This document shows, piece by piece, positions 37,924 through 46,609 of a stretch of 64,000 nucleotides of DNA. The stretch is taken from IMG/VR virus record IMGVR_UViG_3300035698_035366, positions 1-64,000 of that record; one strand, given 5' to 3'. The position numbers were made by a program, and so were the translations under genes. The notes under the pieces are model-generated. The model was given only the letters and a program-made list of their open reading frames with translations. It was not told the DNA's origin and searched no databases. How positions within the stretch are numbered: position 1 is the first letter of the stretch; each line of letters opens with the position of its first letter.

Positions 37924-40900
37924 TAAATGCCAATCCTAAGTGTTGATTTATTAAAGTTTTCTACTATATCTACATCAGTAACTCTTGCTGATGAAATGAA
38001 TAATTGGTTTGTTTCTAATCTAATTTCTTCAAGTTGTCCGAAGCGGCTTTCGTCATTTAACGGTACAATTTCTACGCCACCCACAACTGTTGCATTTTGC
38101 AAATGTATAAATGCTTGAAGTTCCGAGGCATAAAAAGTATCACCAACATCCCATCTAGTAACGTCAAAAAATTCATTAATTGAGTTAATTACTCGTGTTT
38201 TCAGTTCACCGTCGGATACATCGGTTCCTTGCACCTTAATTATTTTGAATTTAGCTCTAACTTCAGCCTCTGCTCTATCCCCGAACAAGGTAACATATTC
38301 CACTGGACGCCAAACAAGAGTATCGGATACCATTTTGTTCGTATCAAAGAAGTTAAAGTCTCTTCTCAACTCTTCACTTGTTGGTGGAAGCGGTGCTGGA
38401 TTAGACGGGCCAACTGGTTTCGTTCCAGCAATAAAGCGGCGATATTCTATATCGTATCCTTCGGTTAATGCATAAAGATCAATGATGTTTGTAATGGCTG
38501 GGTCAATACGTCGGTCTCTATCAGCAATGTGCTTCCAAATAAAGCGCATACCAGACCTACCCGTACGGGCTTTGAAAACCCTTAATGTTAATGTATAATT
38601 ACCAAGAATAGTTTTATCCAGGTCGTCTGTTGATGCGTTTGTATATTCATAAAATGCGCCATCAGTAGCGTTATAAACAATCGTTCCCTGTACTATCTTT
38701 GATCTATCTTCTGCATTAGGTAGTGGGTCTGTTGCATTAATCCCAGGGACTGATACAATTGTAAAAATTGGTATTTCCGTCTCTGTTTGATCCAAATTAG
38801 TTACTACTTCATGAAAAACAAACGGTGAAGTGGTCACACCTTCTTCCACCGCCTTGACAAAAATTGATGGATCATCTGGAATACCGTCTTCATCCAAATC
38901 AGTGTATGAAACAATAACACGACGTGGTTCCTGGAAACCATCTGGATAAAGGAACACATCAGTAACTGCCATTTTGATATCTTCACCTAGACCTATAGCA
39001 GGATTATTTGGTTGTGCCACTGTAGATGGAATAGTAATTGTATCACTTGATACACGGCCAGCTAATAATCCCTGGACTTTTCTGAACTGGTTAACGAAGA
39101 AACGAACATCACGAACGCTTTCCCAGATGAAACGTAATCCCCGTGCTCGTACTTTCCATACATCACCACTAAAGTCCATACGTAACAACCATGACGCATC
39201 GAGGTTTTGTAGATCAACATTGCCTGCGTTGTCTAAGCTGAATGGTGTAGAGACGGGTGAGATGTTTGCGGCTGTGATGATTACCCAATTTTGGTTAACT
39301 GCATCAAAGCGCAAACCGAAAGTTTCTTCATTATCAATCTCTGCGCGTACAGCGTTAATTTCCGAGAGAATGAGTGTATTGCGGAATGATGGGAAGACTG
39401 TTATAACTTTGGATCCAGTGATGACTGGTTCTGCAAGCGTTACTCGACCTTTACCACTGGCAAAAATACCATCACCACCGTCGGAACCATTATTGGTTAC
39501 GCTTTGTACTGCTACCCAGTTCTTTGCTGCGGTGTTGGGGTCTTCAAACTCAATAATTGCGCCTTCATCGATATAATTACGGGTTTGGTCAACAGTGTCG
39601 ATTGGCCCGATTTGTATAGCTGATGTATTACCAGAAACATTGAAGAAACCAGTTGAGCTGAATGCCAAATCTGATGCTTGAGTCCATTCCAAGTCTTCGT
39701 CATTTCCTTTAATAATTCGGGGATTGGTTGGATCTGGATCGAGCGTCCCTAGCGTGGCGTCAACGTATGGAAAAATCTCATAATAAAATTGCTGCAATTC
39801 TCTATCGAGTAGTGCTGGATTAACAGTTTCAGTTATAATTTCTGCAGAAGTTTTGTTCGATGACAGTGGAATTTCAGTGTAGAAATCGTTTGGCTCTTGA
39901 TAAAACATACCATCATCAGCAATAACTTTTACACTTTGTGAAGTTGAAGTGGGATCATTTAGATCGATGAAACGACTGTGGCCACTATATGTTCTGTTTA
40001 ATGCTTTTAGCTTTAAAATGCGTGTATCTTGTAGAGGGAAGACATTATAATCTTCACCATTAACCATTCTGTTCTGTGTATAAAATACTTGTGGAGCACG
40101 TTCACGGATTTGGTCGATTGATTCACTGATGGCAGAATTTGAAACTGTTTCTTGAAGATTCATTACCAACGTTAAGGAATGTGAATCACCGCGAGCATTA
40201 AAATATGGTATAGATATTTGGACACCGCGCATATTGGATGGTTTGATATCAAAAAGTTGATTAGCAGATACCCTATAATATGAACGTAAGGTACCAGTTG
40301 GAACATTACCAAACACACCATCACCGAAACGTAAACTTATTTGATCATTGTCACGTGTAATTACTGAGAAAATATCATTGATATTATTAACCAATGAATT
40401 GAAAATAACATTGTTACCAACAATAGCCGGAACCGGTGTCCAATTAGTAAAAGGTGTCCCATCACCATTAATTGATTGTACAAACACATCAAAATTATTG
40501 ATATTAGGTGTATTGATATTAATAACTCTATTTTCAATTGGAACTGATAGATTGAAATCTCTAAAATTCAATGTTCCTTGCTTAAAGTACATAAAGAACC
40601 CTGTATTAGCTGAAGAGTTCCCATTGCCATCATTACGATAAATGATATGTGATGTATAATCAGGAGTTGGATTTCTTTCTGTGAAACCAGTTGTTTCATT
40701 GAAATCAACGTTTACTATTTCAAAGTTGAACGAGCCCTGGTTTGTATTAGCACTAAAGGGATATTGGCCAACATCAACTGGGTCGGTATCAATCGCATAC
40801 AAATCAGTTGGTATATTGTTTACAATTCCGTTTTTAACTGGTTGACCAAATGGATTTGTTGTTTGGAACGCAGAGTTCATAATTAAACTCCATTGTTCGA

Positions 40901-41357
40901 AGAAATCTGGATTATTAGCATCATTCCAAACAATATTTGCGTTTTGGAGGTTCTGCCCAAGAGAATCAACAATTCTTTCTGAAGTTCGGATCGCAACAAC
41001 TTTCAATAAGCCACTAGAGCCAATATTACGTGTTGGTTGATATGAAAGAAGTCTTCCCATCCGTAGAAGTGATTCCTTTCTTTCAGCGGTATCAATAAAG
41101 TTTTCCCGTGTATTCAAATCCATACGGAAAGCCAGGGATTGCCCCAGATAAGCCATTAAATCTACAAGTGCCACAAATTCAGATGATTCAATCCAATCGT
41201 TAAAGTCTTCAGGAAAGTTGAATCGGATATAATCAATCATCGACTGGCGGATGGTATCGAAATCATATGCATTAAAATTAATATCAGAAAATGCTCGATA
41301 TATAACTGTCCAGTCTTCTGCAGAAAAAAGCTCACTTTGTCGGCGAATTTGTGCCAT
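37923..41357 (-). CDS. Baseplate wedge subunit, T4 gp6-like, 1144 aa
   Basis: DFDTIRQSMIDYIR.NFPEDFNDWIESSE, RENFIDTAERKESL, ESIDQIRERAP..FYTQNRMVNGEDY motifs. Confidence 0.85.
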   Translation of the reverse strand: MAQIRRQSELFSAEDWTVIYRAFSDINFNAYDFDTIRQSMIDYIRFNFPEDFNDWIESSEFVALVDLMAYLGQSLAFRMDLNTRENFIDTAERKESLLRMGRLLSYQPTRNIGSSGLLKVVAIRTSERIVDSLGQNLQNANIVWNDANNPDFFEQWSLIMNSAFQTTNPFGQPVKNGIVNNIPTDLYAIDTDPVDVGQYPFSANTNQGSFNFEIVNVDFNETTGFTERNPTPDYTSHIIYRNDGNGNSSANTGFFMYFKQGTLNFRDFNLSVPIENRVININTPNINNFDVFVQSINGDGTPFTNWTPVPAIVGNNVIFNSLVNNINDIFSVITRDNDQISLRFGDGVFGNVPTGTLRSYYRVSANQLFDIKPSNMRGVQISIPYFNARGDSHSLTLVMNLQETVSNSAISESIDQIRERAPQVFYTQNRMVNGEDYNVFPLQDTRILKLKALNRTYSGHSRFIDLNDPTSTSQSVKVIADDGMFYQEPNDFYTEIPLSSNKTSAEIITETVNPALLDRELQQFYYEIFPYVDATLGTLDPDPTNPRIIKGNDEDLEWTQASDLAFSSTGFFNVSGNTSAIQIGPIDTVDQTRNYIDEGAIIEFEDPNTAAKNWVAVQSVTNNGSDGGDGIFASGKGRVTLAEPVITGSKVITVFPSFRNTLILSEINAVRAEIDNEETFGLRFDAVNQNWVIITAANISPVSTPFSLDNAGNVDLQNLDASWLLRMDFSGDVWKVRARGLRFIWESVRDVRFFVNQFRKVQGLLAGRVSSDTITIPSTVAQPNNPAIGLGEDIKMAVTDVFLYPDGFQEPRRVIVSYTDLDEDGIPDDPSIFVKAVEEGVTTSPFVFHEVVTNLDQTETEIPIFTIVSVPGINATDPLPNAEDRSKIVQGTIVYNATDGAFYEYTNASTDDLDKTILGNYTLTLRVFKARTGRSGMRFIWKHIADRDRRIDPAITNIIDLYALTEGYDIEYRRFIAGTKPVGPSNPAPLPPTSEELRRDFNFFDTNKMVSDTLVWRPVEYVTLFGDRAEAEVRAKFKIIKVQGTDVSDGELKTRVINSINEFFDVTRWDVGDTFYASELQAFIHLQNATVVGGVEIVPLNDESRFGQLEEIRLETNQLFISSARVTDVDIVENFNKSTLRIGI

Positions 41358-41370
41358 CTATCCTACTCCA

Positions 41371-41739
41371 TTACTGTTCGTCGCGTCTATTATCAAAATC
41401 AACTTCAAATGTATCAACAACGTTAAACCCAACATATAAAACACTCAATCTCAATTCCAAACCATGTTGCTTTTCAACCACATCTAAATTTTGTAGCTGA
41501 ACTCTGGGCTCAGACCGTATAATTCGATCTACATCGTCCCGAATAGCAACAACGTTTGCTTCAGACATAGGCTCGAATAACATATCCCAAATAATACTAC
41601 CGAATTCAGGATACATTACTCGTTCTCCCAAACGAGTATGAAAATGATTCAACAAGTCTCTTTTCACCAATTCAATATCTTCCAGAACATTATTATTCTG
41701 ATTTCGTTTAAATGTGGAGAATCCTGTAAATAATGCCAT
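41371..41739 (-). CDS. Baseplate wedge subunit, T4 gp25-like, 122 aa
   Basis: DIELVKRDLLNHFHTRLGERVMYPEFGS, EPRVQL motifs. Confidence 0.9.
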   Translation of the reverse strand: MALFTGFSTFKRNQNNNVLEDIELVKRDLLNHFHTRLGERVMYPEFGSIIWDMLFEPMSEANVVAIRDDVDRIIRSEPRVQLQNLDVVEKQHGLELRLSVLYVGFNVVDTFEVDFDNRRDEQ

Positions 41740-41770
41740 TTAAAGCCTTTAGTTTCAATATACGTATATA

Positions 41771-41778
41771 TATTTATA
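41771..41778 (-). promoter_or_regulatory. T4-type late promoter TATAAATA
   Basis: Perfect match 31 nt upstream of the gp25-like start. Confidence 0.65.
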
Positions 41779-41867
41779 CACCGTATTAACTGGGGTTATT
41801 ATTCTTGACTTCTGTTAAATTTTAATATAATATTAAAAAACATGTTAATATGAAAGATTAATTAGGA

Positions 41868-42824
41868 ATGGCCAAACACAAAGTTTTTATGACTAGAACG
41901 CGGCGATTAGATTTTATTCCGTCAGATCACGATGTTCATGGGGTTGCGTGGGATACAAGAGATCCCCATCCAGGATGGGCAATTTTTCAAGGACGGGATT
42001 TTCTTGGTTACTCAGGTGGCCCAGATGATATAGCGATAAACGAAAAGGATGCTATAATGACAGATATGTCAGAAGACAAAATGAGGGAGATTTATGAGAA
42101 GGCGAAACTGGGGAACCCAGACCTCACGTTTGAAGGTTTTGTTGAAATGAAAGAAAAACAAGCCGCCGCTAAAAATCAAAAAAAGAAAAACAAAGATGGA
42201 AAGCAGGTCGACGGGGTAGAACCTCCGAAGAAGAAAGTTAAAAAGGCGGCGCCAGTCCAAGCAGAATCAGATAGTAAAGAAACTCTAACAATTGATGATG
42301 CTGTTAAAATGGTTTCTCCGGTTGACCCAACCGACATTGAAAAATTCCAGGAACAAATGAAAATTAGTGGTGTACACGATAGCTTTCATCAGTCATTAAA
42401 GGCATATGCCGAAAGTTTGTGGGGTCCGTTCGGTGGTATAGATCCAGCTTTTGAAGATTCATTGAAATCATTTGCTGTTAAGAGATGGGGCCCGTTTGCT
42501 TCTGATGTTCCCAAAGAAGTTGATACAATTGACGTCGAGGAATTAGTTGACAATGTTTACGCTAGAGAAGATTTAAGTGAATCGCTGGGCTTAAAAAATA
42601 CCTATGTGCTAAAATGGTCATGGCATTATGGTAAGGAAAGCAAAGAATTCGGGTCTTTGAAGGAAGCGTTAGACTATCCCGCTTATCTTATATCGTTCTT
42701 TCGGGGATTTGACTTTAGTAATGCTGGTTGGAAAGTATTTGAACGAAAACAATCCGACGATGTTGAAATTAAAAAAGGCATCAAATTTAAACTAACCGAT
42801 GATGTAGAAAGTAAAAAGAAATGA
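41868..42824 (+). CDS. Hypothetical protein, 318 aa
   Basis: AGGA RBS; K-rich central linker. Confidence 0.7.
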   Translation: MAKHKVFMTRTRRLDFIPSDHDVHGVAWDTRDPHPGWAIFQGRDFLGYSGGPDDIAINEKDAIMTDMSEDKMREIYEKAKLGNPDLTFEGFVEMKEKQAAAKNQKKKNKDGKQVDGVEPPKKKVKKAAPVQAESDSKETLTIDDAVKMVSPVDPTDIEKFQEQMKISGVHDSFHQSLKAYAESLWGPFGGIDPAFEDSLKSFAVKRWGPFASDVPKEVDTIDVEELVDNVYAREDLSESLGLKNTYVLKWSWHYGKESKEFGSLKEALDYPAYLISFFRGFDFSNAGWKVFERKQSDDVEIKKGIKFKLTDDVESKKK

Positions 42825-43072
42825 CTGATAATGTAATTAATTTTGAAGAGCACAAAAAGGCACGGGATGAAAAAAGTTACCATGATGCGATTGAAAGACC
42901 GGATCTTGAAATAGCTGCCGACCTTATCGCTAATGAAATGAATATGGGGATAGCGAACATGTTTTCTTCGTTTGATATTGATATAATGCATCCAGACCGT
43001 GAAGTTGATGGTAAGCATTTACAGCGTATGGTTAGAAAAATTGTTCTTGACCATTTTAGTGTAGGTGATTGA
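42821..43072 (+). CDS. Hypothetical protein, 83 aa
   Basis: ATGA overlap; DNVINFEEHKKAR N-terminus. Confidence 0.65.
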   Translation: MTDNVINFEEHKKARDEKSYHDAIERPDLEIAADLIANEMNMGIANMFSSFDIDIMHPDREVDGKHLQRMVRKIVLDHFSVGD

Positions 43073-43470
43073 TGATACGTCCAAAACTCGTCAAATATAT
43101 TGAAAACGTTGACGATGATGAAATCTTACAAATGTCAGAAAATGAGTATATCAATTTAGCTGGATTGTTAGCCGAAGCAAGAATTATTGCATTCTCCACT
43201 ATAAGAAACGATCGATCGTCGGTATTGGAGATTGATCGATTAAGATCTATGTCAGATGATAAACTCACAGAATATATGAACGGTGTACAAGAAGTCATTG
43301 ATCTTTTAGTAGAATCCCATTCAATTGTAGGGAATATTGGAAGACGAAAAAATCATGAACTCCAAAAGAAGGCATCGTGGGATATATTGGATGAAAAATG
43401 CAGAACAGATCCATTGGTCGCTGAGTTGTGGCAAGAAATACAAGTTTTATTAAAATTAGAAGAAGATTAA
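43069..43470 (+). CDS. Hypothetical protein, 133 aa
   Basis: Overlapping stop/start coupling with the previous gene. Confidence 0.6.
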   Translation: MMIRPKLVKYIENVDDDEILQMSENEYINLAGLLAEARIIAFSTIRNDRSSVLEIDRLRSMSDDKLTEYMNGVQEVIDLLVESHSIVGNIGRRKNHELQKKASWDILDEKCRTDPLVAELWQEIQVLLKLEED

Positions 43471-43491
43471 ATAATTAGAAAGAACATAAAA

Positions 43492-44079
43492 ATGACTAAT
43501 AATTACACTACTGAAATATTTGTAAGTGTTGATATTGAAGCAGATGGCCCGTCTCCCGGTCCAAATTCAATGCTTTCATTCGCCGCCGTGGCTCTCGACA
43601 TTGATAGAAATAATTTTGGTGAATTTGAAAGAAACCTTATGGTTTTAGATGGTGCTCAGCAGAACAAGAAAACGATGACTGAGTTTTGGGCCAATTTTCC
43701 AGAAATGTATGAAGCTACTAGACAAAACATGGTTCACCCAAACCAAGCAATGGAAGAGTTTAAGAAGTGGCTTAATGGTTTACGAAAACACGGTATTCCA
43801 ATTTTCGTCGCTTATCCGTTGGGCTTTGATTATAAGTTTATCGATTGGTATATGAACAAGTTTTTAGGAAAAAATGCCTTTGGTATCAGCGGTATAGACA
43901 TGAAGAGTTTTGCTATGGCTATGCTGGGTACCAATTTCAAAGAAACAAATAAAGGGTCATTTCCGAAGCGTTGGCGCCCAAAAAATATGCCACATACTCA
44001 CTTAGCAATCGATGATGCTAAAGAACAAGGACAAGTATTCATTAATATGCTTCGAGAAAATAGGGGTCTTCCTCTTTAA
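43492..44079 (+). CDS. DEDD-family 3'-5' exonuclease (Rv2179c-like), 195 aa
   Basis: FVSVDIEADG (Exo I), AYPLGFDY (Exo II), HTHLAIDDA (Exo III). Confidence 0.85.
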   Translation: MTNNYTTEIFVSVDIEADGPSPGPNSMLSFAAVALDIDRNNFGEFERNLMVLDGAQQNKKTMTEFWANFPEMYEATRQNMVHPNQAMEEFKKWLNGLRKHGIPIFVAYPLGFDYKFIDWYMNKFLGKNAFGISGIDMKSFAMAMLGTNFKETNKGSFPKRWRPKNMPHTHLAIDDAKEQGQVFINMLRENRGLPL

Positions 44080-46595
44080 GCAAAACTAATGTTACCTTGA
44101 ATAAACAGTGGTTTACTTGCTAAGGTTAACGGTAATTGTTGTCCAGTAGTACGTCTAACTACCGCACTCGCCTGTTTAATTTGTCTTGTTGTTGTATCCA
44201 CACCTCGTCTTGGTTCTAAGAATCCCTTACTCCAATTTGTAATAGTTTTATTAATACCTATCTTTTCATGTTGTTTTCTTGATACAACGTTTGGGTAAAG
44301 CTCACTAGTAAACATCTTCAATTCAATTCGTCTGCGTGCGAGCAGCGCGGAATTAACTTCCAACTGACCATTAGAATTCCTGGATTTTGAATATCTCAAG
44401 AAAATTTCAGCAGCGTCATTAAACCGTGCTTCTTTGAGTGCGGTTTTTATACCTGACTTCAAACTACCAACGTTGTAAACCAATGATACTAATGCATCGA
44501 ATTGTCCTTGCGTAAGTGTGGTGTTTGGTAAGCTTCGCTTAACGATATTTTCACGAAGTTTTACATCATCTGTGAATAATTTGAAAGCTTCTTCTTCCGT
44601 TATACCGTCATCGAAGTTTGAATTAGGACCACTATCTTGTAAGTGCCCATAACCAATGGAGTATCCCTTGATATCAAAATATTCGTACGGGAAATACGAT
44701 TCAAATTTTCTAATAGCGTCAAGTCCATTTTCAGAAATTCCAAGAATTGAGATTGGTTGTAGACCACCTTCTATTGATGCGTTTTTAACCTCGTCGATTG
44801 TTTTTTGTATTTCCTCATTTGGAATTTGTCTTGATGCACCAGTTGAAACCGAACTACCATTCGTCGCAGTTACTGATGGTGGTTTTGTGGCAATTATAGG
44901 CGTTTCCGAAGATTCTCCTTTTGGAGATGGTTCACCGGCGTCTATTCGAACATGACCAGACCATGGTTCATGTTGTGGTACACGGTTGGTTATTGACTCT
45001 TTTATATCACCGTTGTTTTTATTTTCATTTGTTAGATCATTGATTTCTGGCGGGGTTGAGGATCCCGCTGGTCCCGCAGGAGAAGCTAATGGTATGTCAT
45101 CGCAACTTATGTCACCTGTTCTTGGTGGATCAGTTGGGCAACCAAAATCAATTCCTCCATTAGGAAGTCTTGAATATCTATCGGCGCCAAAATGCTGTTT
45201 GTGATCACCTTCAAATCGAACATTGTATTCAGAAGAAAATGTTTCTTTATTGATTCCTGATACTATGAGATCATTTGTGCCTGATACTAATACCAATTTA
45301 GAGCCATTTTGCTCATTGTGTTGCCCAGAAACCGATAAATTGTAATTTTCGCCTACTTGTTTATTGTGAGTTTGTGCAACAGAAACGTTATAATCTCCAC
45401 CAATTGTGAAATCAACATTTCGTTTTGATTCCATTTTGATATTACCATTAACTCCAGTATCGTTCGGGCCGCCTTCTGCAATTAGTTCACCATCTTCGTC
45501 GAATTGTGAAACATCACCAAAGCCCGAACCATCATCACCAACAGCCTTCATATTGATATCGTTGCCAGCTTCAATGTTTACATTTTGGTTTGCACGAAGA
45601 TTAAGATCGCCTTCACTGTGGATAGAAATAGAATCCTTACCATAGATATCAATATGCCCGTCATTGGCCAATTCAATCCAATTATTACCATCACGACTAA
45701 TCACGTAAACCATACCAAACTCTTCATTGATAAGAATTTGTGCACCAGAGCGTGTTCGGAAACGAATCAATTCATCTTTTCTTGATCCCAAATTAGATGC
45801 GGGATTATCCCGTGCTGAAGTTTTACCCGTTGATGTGAAAACTCGACCGTCGGATTTATCATCATCTGTATAACCATCATCCATGACAAATTGTGTTCCA
45901 CGGGGAGTTGATATACCGTATGATTTAGAAACTACATCGCGCCGAGCACTACTCGTTCCAGTACCTCTAATATAATCTCGCAATAATCCTTGCTGACTTA
46001 GTCCAGAGTATAATGGATAATGAACGGGTCTTTCTGGGTCATCAGTTTTATTAATTAACCCCTTATCTTTTTTATTGTATTCGGTGGTGGGGTAGTGTTC
46101 ATCGGCAGCATTATCAGCAGTGTGCCTATATGTTTTACCACCAGCTACGCCGGGAACCATATGATTCATATTATATCCGTAGAATCCACCCATAATAACA
46201 CCCTGATCGATACGACCATTGAGAAATGATATAACCACTTCATTACCAACATCGGGAATTGGAAACCACATACCGTATGATTTTTGGGTATACTTAAATT
46301 GCTCTCTCATTTGCTCATCAGTTGAAACGGTCTGTGGTTGTCCTTGTTCCCTAACAGGTATACCATCTTCACTTAGTTCAAGCAATGGGGTTGCCCCAGC
46401 GAACGGTGCCATATAACGAACCATAACCCACGAGTCCCGGTCACCTGATGATCCACCAAAATCAGGAACATAAACCAAACAGCGGCCTTGTCTTTTAATA
46501 TCATTAACTTCCATTATTTGAGCGCTATAAATTCCATCATATCGCTTATTGGGCGACAATCCCGTGGTGGCTTGATAAGAACTTTCTTTTTCCAT
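44076..46595 (-). CDS. Baseplate hub / tail spike with C-terminal GH24 lysozyme (gp5/VgrG-like), 839 aa
   Basis: OB-fold N-terminus (YGMWFPIPDVGNEVVISFLNG), beta-helix-type repeats (GDYNVSVAQTHNKQVGENYNLSVSG), C-terminal GLDAIRKFES...IGYGH...TQGQFDALVSLVYNVG. Confidence 0.85.
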   Translation of the reverse strand: MEKESSYQATTGLSPNKRYDGIYSAQIMEVNDIKRQGRCLVYVPDFGGSSGDRDSWVMVRYMAPFAGATPLLELSEDGIPVREQGQPQTVSTDEQMREQFKYTQKSYGMWFPIPDVGNEVVISFLNGRIDQGVIMGGFYGYNMNHMVPGVAGGKTYRHTADNAADEHYPTTEYNKKDKGLINKTDDPERPVHYPLYSGLSQQGLLRDYIRGTGTSSARRDVVSKSYGISTPRGTQFVMDDGYTDDDKSDGRVFTSTGKTSARDNPASNLGSRKDELIRFRTRSGAQILINEEFGMVYVISRDGNNWIELANDGHIDIYGKDSISIHSEGDLNLRANQNVNIEAGNDINMKAVGDDGSGFGDVSQFDEDGELIAEGGPNDTGVNGNIKMESKRNVDFTIGGDYNVSVAQTHNKQVGENYNLSVSGQHNEQNGSKLVLVSGTNDLIVSGINKETFSSEYNVRFEGDHKQHFGADRYSRLPNGGIDFGCPTDPPRTGDISCDDIPLASPAGPAGSSTPPEINDLTNENKNNGDIKESITNRVPQHEPWSGHVRIDAGEPSPKGESSETPIIATKPPSVTATNGSSVSTGASRQIPNEEIQKTIDEVKNASIEGGLQPISILGISENGLDAIRKFESYFPYEYFDIKGYSIGYGHLQDSGPNSNFDDGITEEEAFKLFTDDVKLRENIVKRSLPNTTLTQGQFDALVSLVYNVGSLKSGIKTALKEARFNDAAEIFLRYSKSRNSNGQLEVNSALLARRRIELKMFTSELYPNVVSRKQHEKIGINKTITNWSKGFLEPRRGVDTTTRQIKQASAVVRRTTGQQLPLTLASKPLFIQGNISFA

Positions 46596-46609
46596 AAATC
46601 TATCCTTTT

